Shown in pieces: positions 17,463 to 26,777 of a DNA stretch of 64,000 bases. The DNA is from Acidobacteriota bacterium (GTDB lineage: Bacteria; Acidobacteriota; UBA6911; RPQK01; JAJDTT01). The translations under genes were made by a program, and so were the position numbers. The stretch covers positions 4,441,859-4,505,858 of the forward strand of contig OZ246889.1 of NCBI GenBank assembly GCA_965231825.1, written 5' to 3'. Under the pieces are notes generated by a model. It saw only the letters and a program-made list of their open reading frames with translations. It searched no databases and was not told the DNA's origin. Within the stretch, counting starts at the first letter, position 1. Each line of letters opens with the position of its first letter.

Positions 17463-20285
17463 CTAGTTGATCTTCCTGACAACCATTGTGACAACGTCCC
17501 TGTCGACCTGCCTTTTGTAGTAGACGTGGACGTAAGTCCCGGGCTCGTAGTTGTTCGTCTGGCCCTTGATCGATGCGGGCCCCATTTGGAACTCTCGGGT
17601 CCCCCACTTGGTTTGCATCACCAAGCGGTCGGATGTCATGGACTCGACAGTCCCATAGAAATCGTAGGTTTTGGCCGACTTGGTTTTCTTCCGGGATTTG
17701 GGCTTTTTCGCATCACCTGACTCGGTTTTTTTCCAGGCTGGTCCCGCTTTCCTGGTCGTCGAAGGTATTGAGAGGTCAATGTTCAGGAAAGCGCTCACGG
17801 TCAGTCCCAAATAGTTGACGTCAGTGACGATCAGCTCATTCTCGATGACGTCGAACTCTTGGCGCCACACATTCTGATTGTTATATGCATTAAAAACTGA
17901 AACACCGGCACTCGCTTTACTGGTTTCCCCAATGAAAAACTCCCGGCTTGCAGAAAGGTCCAACCGATGGTAGCTCGGAAGCCTGATCCCGTTCTTCTCT
18001 CCAAATTCCAACACCGAAAGATTTCTCCCATTGGGAAGGATCACGTCCTCAAATCCGATCGGTTCCGTGAAGGGCTTCCCCGTTGCGTAAACCCAGGTCC
18101 CTGAGAAGATCCAGTTCCTCCAATTGAAGCTGTCCACAACTTTAAACTCGTGAGTCGAGTCATGGGAAGCCGAAAACGGGTTGGGACTCAGTTGAGGGAA
18201 ATCGAGCTCTACTTGTCCCAAGGTGTAGGTAGCCCATCCCGTATTGCGGCCGAACTTCTTCTGCGCCAGGAATTCAACCCCCTTGGCTGTACCCGACCCG
18301 CTGTAGAACAGCGTGCCGAAGTCAAAATCTTGGAGGATCCTTCTCCCGAATCGGAGTGATGCGAATTCCGAGAGCCCGCTCAGTTTCTTTTGGTACGCCT
18401 CGATGTCAAACAGGAAGCTTGCCGTTTCATAGCTGGCGCCGCCTATGAAGTGTGTTGCCGAACTGACCGGCACCACATCCTCGTCAGAGAGCATCCAGAA
18501 GTCCTGGTCCCCTTGCAGCACGTCCTCACGGGTGAGCCTATTTGCAAACTGATGATATCGTCCTGCTGCCGCTTTCAAGCGGAACCGGTCTGTGGCATGG
18601 AAGGTAAAGGACATCCGGGGGTCGGTATATGTGCGTTGGACCACGTCAAAGTAGGTGAAGCGCAGACCAGGTGTCACGGACAGCCTGACCCAGGGAAGCC
18701 AAGTGTCCTGCAGATAGAAAGAGTACAGGACTCCGGCGCCGTCGCGGTCAAAAAGGGCCGTATCCTGATTGAAATTAAAATTATACCCAACAGTATTTTT
18801 CGTTATCTGTGTGCCAAACTGCAAGTGATGGCTGGCATTTAATATTAGATCATTGTCCACCTTGAGGCTGATGTCGGTTAAGTTATTGCGTTCTGACGAT
18901 CCTCTATTGAAGACTCTGGGAGCAGATTCCTCACCTGCCGCTCCCGCCACCTCTTCTCCCGTCTCCGGATCGACAAATGCGACCTCAGTGGTTCTGTCGA
19001 AATCCTTGAAGTAGGAGGAACGCGCTACGGTAAAGCGGCTGAAGAACGAGTTGTTCCACTGCCTGAACCAATTGATGCTCAGGCCGGTGTTTCCCCAGTT
19101 GGACAGATTCTTGATCTCTCCTTCGATATTCCGGTCCACAGAGGATTCGCCGTCTACACCCTGGAAGAAGGACCTGTTGATACTCAATGGTCTGGAGTTG
19201 TCCAGCACGTCCTCGCCATGGTAGAGGCTGAAAATGATGTTGTCTTGGGAAGTCAGATCGAAGGTTGCCCGGGTGTTGATATCGTAGAATGAGGAGTCCG
19301 GCTGGAACGAAAAGTTGGCCGGCCTGATGCCCCCGAAACCACCTCGACCGGGTCCTGTTGGCGTGCTCTCGCTGAAACTGTTCCGAATTCGATCGCTGAA
19401 GGGACTCTGAAACGACTTGCGACCGGCGACCATAACGGCCCCTCGACTGCCGAGTGGAACATCCGCGTAGGCATTGTAACTCAGAAAACTGAACCCTCCT
19501 CCGATGGAAACCTCGTCGCTGAGCCCGCTTCGCCCAGTCAAATCCACCACGCTGGAAAGTCTGCCTCCGTATCGGGAATCGAATCCTCCCTTGTGCATGG
19601 TTATGTCTTGGATTGAATTTGCGTTGAAGGCGCTGAAAATACCAAAGAAATGGTCGACATCGTAGACGGTAAATCCATCGAAGAGCACCAAGTTCTGATC
19701 GGGAGTGCCTCCTCTGATGTACAGTCCGGCGGAAGCTTCGTTGGTAGCGCTAATGCCGGGCATGAACTGCAGGGAACGAAAGGCATCCTTTTCCCCAAGA
19801 CTGGGCAGAGTTGCCAATTGTCTCGGGGAGACAGAAACAACTCCGATACTTTCCGACGCGCTCATCAGCTCGGGCATGTCCGGCCGGACTGTGACTTCAT
19901 ATTCCAACTGAGCAAGCTCCAAGATGATGTCCACCGTGATCGCCCGGTGCCCCTGCACCAGAACGGTTGTCTCCTTTTCCTCAAATCCCGGAAGAGCTGC
20001 GGTGACAACGATCTGACCCAATGGCACCTCGGGCAGGACATACATTCCCAAATCATCTGTCACAGTCGAAAACTCTGTTCCTTTAATCGATACGAAAACT
20101 CCCGGCAATACCTGGCCGTCGGTATCTTGGACGGTCCCCAAAATCCTTCGTCCTGAAATATTTTCCGTGGCGTCAATCGGCTCCTGCGCATGAACCTTCC
20201 CCGCGAGAAGAAACAGCAACATCAGGTATGTGAAAAACCGGATAAATTCCATCCTTTCGATTCCCTTCCCTTTCACGTTCCGCAA
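17463..20285 (-). CDS. TonB-dependent outer-membrane receptor (carboxypeptidase-regulatory-like N-domain + plug + barrel)
   Basis: Signal peptide. ILGTVQDTDGQVLPGVFVSIKGTEFSTVTDDLGMY (CarbopepD_reg-like). Plug motif DAFRSLQFMPGISATNEASAGLYIRGGTPDQNLVLFDGFTVYD. C-terminal beta-barrel ending in aromatic residues. Strongly lower GC than the flanks. Confidence 0.75.
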   Translation of the reverse strand: MRNVKGKGIERMEFIRFFTYLMLLFLLAGKVHAQEPIDATENISGRRILGTVQDTDGQVLPGVFVSIKGTEFSTVTDDLGMYVLPEVPLGQIVVTAALPGFEEKETTVLVQGHRAITVDIILELAQLEYEVTVRPDMPELMSASESIGVVSVSPRQLATLPSLGEKDAFRSLQFMPGISATNEASAGLYIRGGTPDQNLVLFDGFTVYDVDHFFGIFSAFNANSIQDITMHKGGFDSRYGGRLSSVVDLTGRSGLSDEVSIGGGFSFLSYNAYADVPLGSRGAVMVAGRKSFQSPFSDRIRNSFSESTPTGPGRGGFGGIRPANFSFQPDSSFYDINTRATFDLTSQDNIIFSLYHGEDVLDNSRPLSINRSFFQGVDGESSVDRNIEGEIKNLSNWGNTGLSINWFRQWNNSFFSRFTVARSSYFKDFDRTTEVAFVDPETGEEVAGAAGEESAPRVFNRGSSERNNLTDISLKVDNDLILNASHHLQFGTQITKNTVGYNFNFNQDTALFDRDGAGVLYSFYLQDTWLPWVRLSVTPGLRFTYFDVVQRTYTDPRMSFTFHATDRFRLKAAAGRYHQFANRLTREDVLQGDQDFWMLSDEDVVPVSSATHFIGGASYETASFLFDIEAYQKKLSGLSEFASLRFGRRILQDFDFGTLFYSGSGTAKGVEFLAQKKFGRNTGWATYTLGQVELDFPQLSPNPFSASHDSTHEFKVVDSFNWRNWIFSGTWVYATGKPFTEPIGFEDVILPNGRNLSVLEFGEKNGIRLPSYHRLDLSASREFFIGETSKASAGVSVFNAYNNQNVWRQEFDVIENELIVTDVNYLGLTVSAFLNIDLSIPSTTRKAGPAWKKTESGDAKKPKSRKKTKSAKTYDFYGTVESMTSDRLVMQTKWGTREFQMGPASIKGQTNNYEPGTYVHVYYKRQVDRDVVTMVVRKIN

Positions 20286-20641
20286 TTAGACGTGTCGCAT
20301 TTAAAAATGGTTCAATTGCAAACCACGATGCGCCTTTGCCGATGACGGGAACCAAAATGACCGAACCACCCCCTCGACCGGCTCCGGTTGGAGCCGGTCG
20401 AAGTGGCTCCTGCCGGATTGCCGCAGGGGGGAGGCCCCTCTGTTGGAGAAACCAGGAGAAACGAATCGTGACGGCGGAATTTGAAAACGGTTGCAGCAGA
20501 TTCTGAAACCAGCCGCATCCAGGGTCTCGATTCAAAGGCCTTGGAACGAGCGTTGACCCTTGGCAGAATTTGCCCGTCCAGGTCGAATCAAGGATGTGCC
20601 AAGTTCATGAGTCGAAAATTCGGGAAAGAGGAATGGGAACC

Positions 20642-22195
20642 ATGATCAAGAAACTATTCTTGCCGACGGTCCTTACTGCGTTCTTCACAGGTTCGGGTTG
20701 GGCCGGCCCGATCGACCGGGTGGTGGATGTCGGGACCGCCAAGCAACTGTTCGTCGATGACGCCGTCATCGGCTCCATGGAACGGGCCTATCGGGTGCTG
20801 AATCAACCGGTGAAGTACGAGGGGAATCCGATTCTCGCTCTGAAGCCGGAGCAGAAGGTTGGAGGCCAGGATCTGGTTGTCGTCATGGGGAACGTCATCT
20901 ACGACGCCGAAGAGCAGCTCTTCAAGATGTGGTACGACGCGGCCGTCTACGACTGGAGCAAGGTCTTCCTCGCCTACGCCACCTCAAAGGACGGCATTCG
21001 CTGGGAGCTGCCCAACCTGGGGCTGCTGGAACACCAGGGATCCAAGGACAACAACCTGGTCTTCACTGCCGGAAGAGGCGAGGTGGCGGGAGGCGTCTTC
21101 AAGGATGCGATCGAAACCGACCCGCAGCGCCGCTACAAGATGATCTACCACATGCACGAGTCTCCGGGATTGGAATCTTCGAGCAACGGCATCGGCATCG
21201 CCTTCTCACCGGATGGGATTCACTGGAAGCGGGCCACCGACAAACCGGTGATTCCCATGGCCGACAGCCCGAACTCGGTGATGTGGGATCCCCGATTGGG
21301 CACCTACGTCGCCCACACCCGGGTCAATCCTGTCTACCGTGCGCCGGACTGGAAGGTCCGCCGAGACCTCCGCGATGAATTGTGGCCCGGTGTGGAGGGA
21401 GGCTACCTGCGGCGAGAGGTTCTGCAGAGCGAGAGCGACGACTTCCTCAAGTGGGAGTCCCGGGGCGTGATCATGAGCGCCGACCGAAAAGATCCGCCTT
21501 GGAACCAGCAGTTCTACAACATGGAGTGGATGCCGTACGGTGACGTTTACTTCGGTTTCATCGCGGTTTACCACACGCTGCCGGGATTGGAGACCGCGAC
21601 CTCACGGCAGATCGAATCCGGACCCGATTGGCTGGACACGGTCGACATCCAGTTGGCTTTCAGCCGGGACGGCCGGACCTGGAAACGCGCCGGAGAACGG
21701 AACGTCTTCCTGCCTCTGGGGACCCAGACCGAAGCCTTTGACCGCAGCATGATCTACGTGATGCAGCATCCGCTCGTGGTGGACGACGAGATCTGGATCT
21801 ACTACATCGGCTTCAGCGGCCTCCACTGGGCGACCCGCCGGGAAGAGGTCCAGGGAGGCAAGGTCGGTTTGGCAAAGCTCCGCTTGGATGGTTTCGTGTC
21901 GATCGACGCCGGAAGCGGAGTCTTGACCACCAAGCCGATCCGGATGTCCGGAGAGCGGCTCGTGGTCAATGCCGATGCCGGCGAAGGGTCGGTCGCGGTC
22001 GAGATTCTGGAGCCCGGGGGAGCACCGATCAAGGGATTCGGCCGGCAAGACGCGGTGGCGGCCAAGGGAGACAGCCTGGGGCATGCCATGAAGTGGGCCC
22101 GGGGTTCGGACGTCAGTGCCTTGAAAGGGCGCCCCATTGTGCTGAGGTTCCACCTCGAACGCAGCAGGCTCTTCTCGTTTCGCTTCGCCGAATGA
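20642..22195 (+). CDS. secreted glycoside-hydrolase-like protein (5-bladed beta-propeller, GH43/GH32/GH130-type superfamily)
   Basis: Signal peptide MIKKLFLPTVLTAFFTGSGWA. LFVDDAVI..NPIL..W..DAEEQLFKMWY pattern typical of GH-F/GH-J propeller hydrolases. Start moved to the second Met. The family is not resolved. Confidence 0.45.
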   Translation: MIKKLFLPTVLTAFFTGSGWAGPIDRVVDVGTAKQLFVDDAVIGSMERAYRVLNQPVKYEGNPILALKPEQKVGGQDLVVVMGNVIYDAEEQLFKMWYDAAVYDWSKVFLAYATSKDGIRWELPNLGLLEHQGSKDNNLVFTAGRGEVAGGVFKDAIETDPQRRYKMIYHMHESPGLESSSNGIGIAFSPDGIHWKRATDKPVIPMADSPNSVMWDPRLGTYVAHTRVNPVYRAPDWKVRRDLRDELWPGVEGGYLRREVLQSESDDFLKWESRGVIMSADRKDPPWNQQFYNMEWMPYGDVYFGFIAVYHTLPGLETATSRQIESGPDWLDTVDIQLAFSRDGRTWKRAGERNVFLPLGTQTEAFDRSMIYVMQHPLVVDDEIWIYYIGFSGLHWATRREEVQGGKVGLAKLRLDGFVSIDAGSGVLTTKPIRMSGERLVVNADAGEGSVAVEILEPGGAPIKGFGRQDAVAAKGDSLGHAMKWARGSDVSALKGRPIVLRFHLERSRLFSFRFAE

Positions 22196-22402
22196 GGTTG
22201 GCCGCTTGGTCCTGGAGCCTGGGACATCCTGGAAGCCGGGACCGAGAAAGGAACAGTCTATTTTTCCGCGGCCTGCCGCGAGCACGACTACACCGCGGCG
22301 GACATCGAACCACGTTGCTCCGATCCCACCGGACGGAGGTGCTGGTGGCCTGGGATCGTCCTCCCGAGGCCGTCGAGTCGGTCCTACCGCCCTACGGACA
22401 TG

Positions 22403-22813
22403 TTAAAACGACGCCACGGAATCATGGACAACCGGTCCGGTCCCTCCAGCCAGCGTTTCGGGACAGGAGAAGAACCCGCGCACCGACTGCAGGACTTCCT
22501 CCATCTTCTCGATCCGGAGAGCACAGATTCGCTTGGCAATTAGCGACGAGTGCATCGTGAACAGCTTCGTAGTCTTCACCATCGACGCCTTGGGAAGCCC
22601 AACTTGCGCGAAGTCGCCGCGCCGGAGCTGCACCGAGTTCGGATCATACGTGATGTGCGAGGTAATGACTGCCAGCACGAGATCCTCTCCGGAGACGTTG
22701 AAGGAATCCGGGGAAAGGACCAGCGCGGGGCATCTCTTGGATGAAGTGAGATCGGTGAAGGGAAAGGATACGAGAACGATGTCGCCCTGCCTATTGGCTA
22801 TCGTAGACGGCAT
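22403..22813 (-). CDS. type II toxin, MazF/PemK (Kid) family
   Basis: GDIVLVSFPFTDLTSSKRCPALVLS is a classic PemK/MazF signature. Overlaps the upstream small ORF by 23 bp. Confidence 0.6.
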   Translation of the reverse strand: MPSTIANRQGDIVLVSFPFTDLTSSKRCPALVLSPDSFNVSGEDLVLAVITSHITYDPNSVQLRRGDFAQVGLPKASMVKTTKLFTMHSSLIAKRICALRIEKMEEVLQSVRGFFSCPETLAGGTGPVVHDSVASF

Positions 22814-22991
22814 CCTCCTCGTTCTCCCAGAACTCGAAGCTGCGCTCCGAACCCTTCAACCACGGAACATCTGCCGCAAGCCGTTTCAACTCGCTCTCTG
22901 AGAGGACTTGATAGACCTCATCGCGTGTGGGTCCCTCCACCTCCTCAAGGGGTGCGAAGACCCCATCCCGGTATTCCACCTTGATGCTCAT
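22791..22991 (-). CDS. putative antitoxin (DUF104/AF2212-like N-terminus)
   Basis: MSIKVEYRDGVFAPLEEV resembles DUF104 antitoxins. 66 aa. Translationally overlapped with the PemK-like gene. Confidence 0.4.
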   Translation of the reverse strand: MSIKVEYRDGVFAPLEEVEGPTRDEVYQVLSESELKRLAADVPWLKGSERSFEFWENEEDAVYDSQ

Positions 22992-23439
22992 GGCCCATTC
23001 ACTCTAGCAGTATACGGGCAGCACAGCCAGATTTCTCCGGAGTGCCCACTGTGGCCCCGTTCGAGCCCGTGGCCGTTCCGCCACGGTGGCGAAGGAATCC
23101 GTCCCGTGCACGTGAGCGATGCGCTGGCTTGTGACCCGCTACCGGTCACAAACCAGCCTACCCCATTCCTCCTCCGGTCGCGGTCCCTCCACATGTTTCC
23201 GACCGCGGAGGATGACAATGTCGGAGTCCGCAGTGCACCACCGCCTCCTCCCGCGTATCGCCAGCCGGACTCGCGGGCTGACAAGGCACGGCCATAGCTG
23301 GATGCTTTCGCGTACGCGCTCCTTCGGGCACGTGCCTTTGATGCACATTGAGATTTTGCACGCGGCACACAGCTCGCGCTAGTCGCTTGGGAGACGAGCG
23401 TCGAGATCGGAAGGCTTAGCATCAGCCCGTGGCAAAAGT

Positions 23440-23670
23440 CCGAGAATTAACGCCGAACCTCTGACACAGAAAAACCAATTGCAGCTTCATCGAAAGAAGT
23501 ACTGCCGGATCCCGCACCGGGGCAGCGCCACATTCCCAGCCTGGCCAAGATGCAACGCGAGATTGAGGCTTGGGTCGGGGATCGGGATCAACGCCTAACC
23601 GAGATCAACTGGCATTTCAAGACGAAGGATGCACGAATCAAGCTGAAGAGCCTGTACCCACAACTTTAAG
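23440..23670 (+). mobile_element. IS630/Tc1-like transposase C-terminal remnant
   Basis: Frame reads ...IEAWVGDRDQRLTEINWHFKTKDARIKLKSLYPQL*, resembling the extreme C-terminus of IS630-family DDE transposases. No intact ORF or inverted repeats were identified. Lower GC than the surroundings. Confidence 0.35.
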
Positions 23671-23682
23671 GGTTAATGTGTA

Positions 23683-24915
23683 CTACGTAGCTACCCAGTT
23701 GTAGCCTTCGCCTCGGGAAATGAAGGGACCCCACGGCTGCTTGTCCAGCACCTGCTTGGCGAGCCGCAGGAAGTTCCCGCCGATGATCTTCCGGATTTCG
23801 TCATCGTCGAGTCCGCGGCAAACCAGTCCCACCGTGAAGTACGGCCAGTTGCTCCAGGACATGGGCCGGGGCGGGTCGTCCGGCGTAAACGTCACGTTCG
23901 AGGGGACTCCCACGTGGTCGATGCCGGCCACCTTGATGGCGTGTTCCAGGTGGGGGAACCAGGCATTGAGGGAAAAATTGGTGTCCGGATCGTGCGAGAA
24001 GTCTGCGGCCATAATGCCCGCGATACCCCCCTTGCGAGCCAAAGTGCGAAGATAGTCGTCGTCTTCGTTCTTGTAGTAGTCGTCGACCGCCCGGCAGGCC
24101 GTGTGGGCATTCATGAGCGGTTCACTGGAGACCTCGATGGCATCCAGCCCCGAGCGGTGGCCGCAATGGGCCGGATTGACGATCATTCCCAGCTGGTTCA
24201 TCCGGCGAACCACCCGCTTGCCGAGCAAGCTGAGTCCCGCGTCTCTCCGACGTTCGAACTCGTCCGATGAGGCCAGGCTGTTCTTCTCGTGAGACGTCAA
24301 TTGGGAGACTCGGACTCCCAGGGCAAAGAAGAGATCCAGAGTTTGAAGCGGATCAGGAGTCATGGCAAACCAGTTGGCGCCATGAAGGTGCAGGAGGACG
24401 GCGCGGAAGCTGGGTTCATGGAAGTGCCCCACATCTTCCACCGCCAGGTCCATGCCGGCCAGGCGATACAGATTCCGGTAATCCTCTCGCCATTGGGGAT
24501 CAAAGGCTGATTCAAAGGCCTTCATGTCCCGCCACCGGTTGAGTACCCGCTGCTGGGTCTCCTCCCGGTCCGGACCCTCCCGCTCCAGCTTGTTTCGGTA
24601 GCCCTCCAGCTCACGCTTCAGACGGTCTCCCTTCCAGATGAAGAGAGGGTCCGCCACATAGAGACAGCCGCTGAGGTCGGCGACGTAGCTGCCGTAATGC
24701 AGCTCGAAACCCCGTTCCAGTTGGCTCCGGGTGGGCTTCAGCTCTTCCAGAACCGCATGCCGGCAGGCATCCACCACCTTCCGAATCTCCGGGCGGAGCG
24801 TGACCGGACGGAAGTCCTCCGGAACCGGAAGTGTCCTCTGGGTCCAGACACGGGTCGGAAGTGCTGCTCCAGCCAGGGAGGCCCCTACGAATCCACGTCT
24901 TGAAACCTTCTTCAT
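23683..24915 (-). CDS. M19 (renal/membrane dipeptidase)-like protein with Tat signal, copy 1 (carries internal ~38-aa deletion)
   Basis: MKKVSRRGFVGASLAGAAL Tat motif. C-terminal IGGNFLRLAKQVL typical of M19 dipeptidases. Near-identical at DNA level to 24955-26301. Confidence 0.6.
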   Translation of the reverse strand: MKKVSRRGFVGASLAGAALPTRVWTQRTLPVPEDFRPVTLRPEIRKVVDACRHAVLEELKPTRSQLERGFELHYGSYVADLSGCLYVADPLFIWKGDRLKRELEGYRNKLEREGPDREETQQRVLNRWRDMKAFESAFDPQWREDYRNLYRLAGMDLAVEDVGHFHEPSFRAVLLHLHGANWFAMTPDPLQTLDLFFALGVRVSQLTSHEKNSLASSDEFERRRDAGLSLLGKRVVRRMNQLGMIVNPAHCGHRSGLDAIEVSSEPLMNAHTACRAVDDYYKNEDDDYLRTLARKGGIAGIMAADFSHDPDTNFSLNAWFPHLEHAIKVAGIDHVGVPSNVTFTPDDPPRPMSWSNWPYFTVGLVCRGLDDDEIRKIIGGNFLRLAKQVLDKQPWGPFISRGEGYNWVAT

Positions 24916-24954
24916 TTTTCCTGTTGAGCCGGGCCGCCTTGACCAGGCCCGCGG

Positions 24955-26301
24955 CTATGTGGCCACCCAGTTGTAGCCTTCGCCTCGGGAGATAAAGGGA
25001 CCCCAGGGCTGCTTGTCCAATACCTGCTTGGCGAGCCGCAGGAAGTTCCCGCCGATGATCTTCCGGATTTCGTCATCGTCGAGTCCGCGGCAAACCAGTC
25101 CCACCGTGTAATAGGGCCAGTTGCTCCACGACATGGGCCGGGGTGGGTAATTGGGCATGAAGGTCAGATCCGAGGGGATGCCCACGTGGTCGATGCCGGC
25201 CACCTTGATGGCGTGTTCCAGGTGGGGAAACCAGGCGTTGAAGGAAAAACCGGAGTCCGGATCGGGCGACAGGTATCCAGCATACATACCCGCGACACCC
25301 CCATTCCGGGCCAGCGTACGAAGATAGTCGTCGTCTTCGTTCTTGTAGTTGTCGTAGATGGCCCGGCAGCCCGTGTGGGCATTGATGACCGGTTCGCTGG
25401 AGGCCTCGATGGCATCAAGCCCGGAGCGGTGCCCGCAGTGGGCTAGGTTGATGATGATTCCCAATTCGTTCATCCGGCGAACCACCCGCTTGCCGAGCAG
25501 GCTGAGTCCCGCGTCTCTTTCACCATCGAAATCGTCCGAGGAGGCCAAGCTGTTCTTCTCGTGATAGGTCAATTGGGAGGCACGGACACCCAGGGCGAAG
25601 AAGAGGTCCAGGGTCTGAAGCGGATCGGGGGTCATGGCGAACCAGTTGGCGCCATGGAGGTGCAGGAGGACGGCAACCTTTTCGTCCCGCCGGGCAGCCT
25701 CCAGGTCGTCAGCTCCTGATATCCGCAGGGCGTCGGCCTTGATCTTGTCGTAGACGAACCCGACCCGCGCCGTGTGCTGGAGGCCGGCGCGGAAGCTCGG
25801 TTCACTGAAATGCCCCACGTCTTCTACCGCCAGGTCCACACCAGCCAGGCGATAAGGGTTCCGGTAGTCATCTCGCCATTGGGGGTCGAAGGCGGATTCG
25901 AAGGCCTTCATGTCCCGCCACCGGTTGAGCATTCGCTGTTGGATTTCCTCCGGGTCCAGACCGTCCCTTTCCAGCTTGTTTCGGTAGCTCTCCAACTCAC
26001 CCTTCAGTCGGTCGCCCTTCCAGATGAAAAGAGGATCCGCCACATAGAGACAACCGCAGAGGTCGGCGACGTAGCTCCTGTAGTGCAACTCGAAACCCCG
26101 TTCCAGTTGGCTCCGGGTGGGCTTCAGTTCCTCCAGAGCCGCATGCCGGCAGGCGTCGACCACCTTCCGGATCTCCGGCCGAAGCGTGACCGGACGGAAG
26201 TCCTCCGGAACCGGATTGCTTCTCTGGGTCCAGACATGGGTCGGGAGCGCTGCCCCTGCCAGTGAGGCTCCGACGAATCCGCGCCTTGAAAGCATGGTCA
26301 T
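24955..26301 (-). CDS. M19 dipeptidase-like protein with Tat signal, copy 2
   Basis: Start set at MTMLSRRGFVGASLAGAAL (AAGGAG SD upstream). Has an extra segment HTARVGFVYDKIKADALRISGADDLEAARRDEKVAV that copy 1 lacks. Confidence 0.65.
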   Translation of the reverse strand: MTMLSRRGFVGASLAGAALPTHVWTQRSNPVPEDFRPVTLRPEIRKVVDACRHAALEELKPTRSQLERGFELHYRSYVADLCGCLYVADPLFIWKGDRLKGELESYRNKLERDGLDPEEIQQRMLNRWRDMKAFESAFDPQWRDDYRNPYRLAGVDLAVEDVGHFSEPSFRAGLQHTARVGFVYDKIKADALRISGADDLEAARRDEKVAVLLHLHGANWFAMTPDPLQTLDLFFALGVRASQLTYHEKNSLASSDDFDGERDAGLSLLGKRVVRRMNELGIIINLAHCGHRSGLDAIEASSEPVINAHTGCRAIYDNYKNEDDDYLRTLARNGGVAGMYAGYLSPDPDSGFSFNAWFPHLEHAIKVAGIDHVGIPSDLTFMPNYPPRPMSWSNWPYYTVGLVCRGLDDDEIRKIIGGNFLRLAKQVLDKQPWGPFISRGEGYNWVAT

Positions 26302-26456
26302 GTTCCCCTTCTCCTTTTGGGATCGTGTGATTTCGACTTGGCCCGACTGCTTTCGAGTTTCGTCTACGCTACTAAGATTCTTTCGCATCGGCCAGATTCC
26401 GGTGAAACCCCGGAAAAAATGGGATGGGGAGCGACTTTCTTGTCCCCAAGGAGCGG

Positions 26457-26770
26457 CGGCTTTCTTGCCGCCGACAGGGCGAATATAGGGGGGACGGAGT
26501 CCACTTTGCGCTTACCGGAAAGAAGAGCAGGCGACAAGAAAGTCGCCTGTCCCAATGGGCGGCAAGAAAACCGCCCCTCCCAGTGGGCGGCAAGAAAACC
26601 GCCCCTCCCAATGGGCGGCAAGAAAACCGCCCTTCCCAATGGGCGACAAGAAAGTCGCCCCTCCCAATGGGCGACAAGAAAGTCGCCTGTCCCAATGGGC
26701 GGCAAGAAAACCGCCCCTCCCAATGGGCGGCAAGAAAGCCGCCCCTCCTGTGGGCGGCAAGAAAGTCGTG
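26457..26770. repeat. tandem array of ~9 copies of the 28-bp hairpin repeat (family A), preceded by one inverted copy
   Basis: Exact 28-bp periodicity (unit starts 26547, 26575, 26603, 26631, 26659, 26687, 26715, 26742). Units are gggcggcaagaaaaccgcccctcccaat and gggcgacaagaaagtcgcctgtcccaat variants. No unique spacers. Inverted copy ggcggctttcttgccgcc at 26460. Confidence 0.8.
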
Positions 26771-26777
26771 CCTCCCG

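Noticed and set aside
20385-20412. Hairpin gaccggctccggttggagccggtc in the divergent promoter region between the TonB-dependent receptor and the glycoside-hydrolase-like genes
   Set aside because: A perfect 8-bp stem, but there is no T-tract, and it sits between divergently transcribed genes. It could be an operator, but a single ungrouped occurrence is insufficient to call a regulatory site.
20560-20580. sigma-54-like motif ttggcagaatttgcc upstream of 20642
   Set aside because: GG-to-GC spacing is 10 rather than the canonical 12 positions, and no enhancer-binding-protein gene is nearby.
26457-26770. Possible CRISPR array suggested by regularly spaced palindromic repeats
   Set aside because: The 28-bp units are directly abutting with exact 28-bp periodicity. 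There are no unique spacers between them, no leader sequence and no cas genes nearby. It is a tandem hairpin repeat, not CRISPR.
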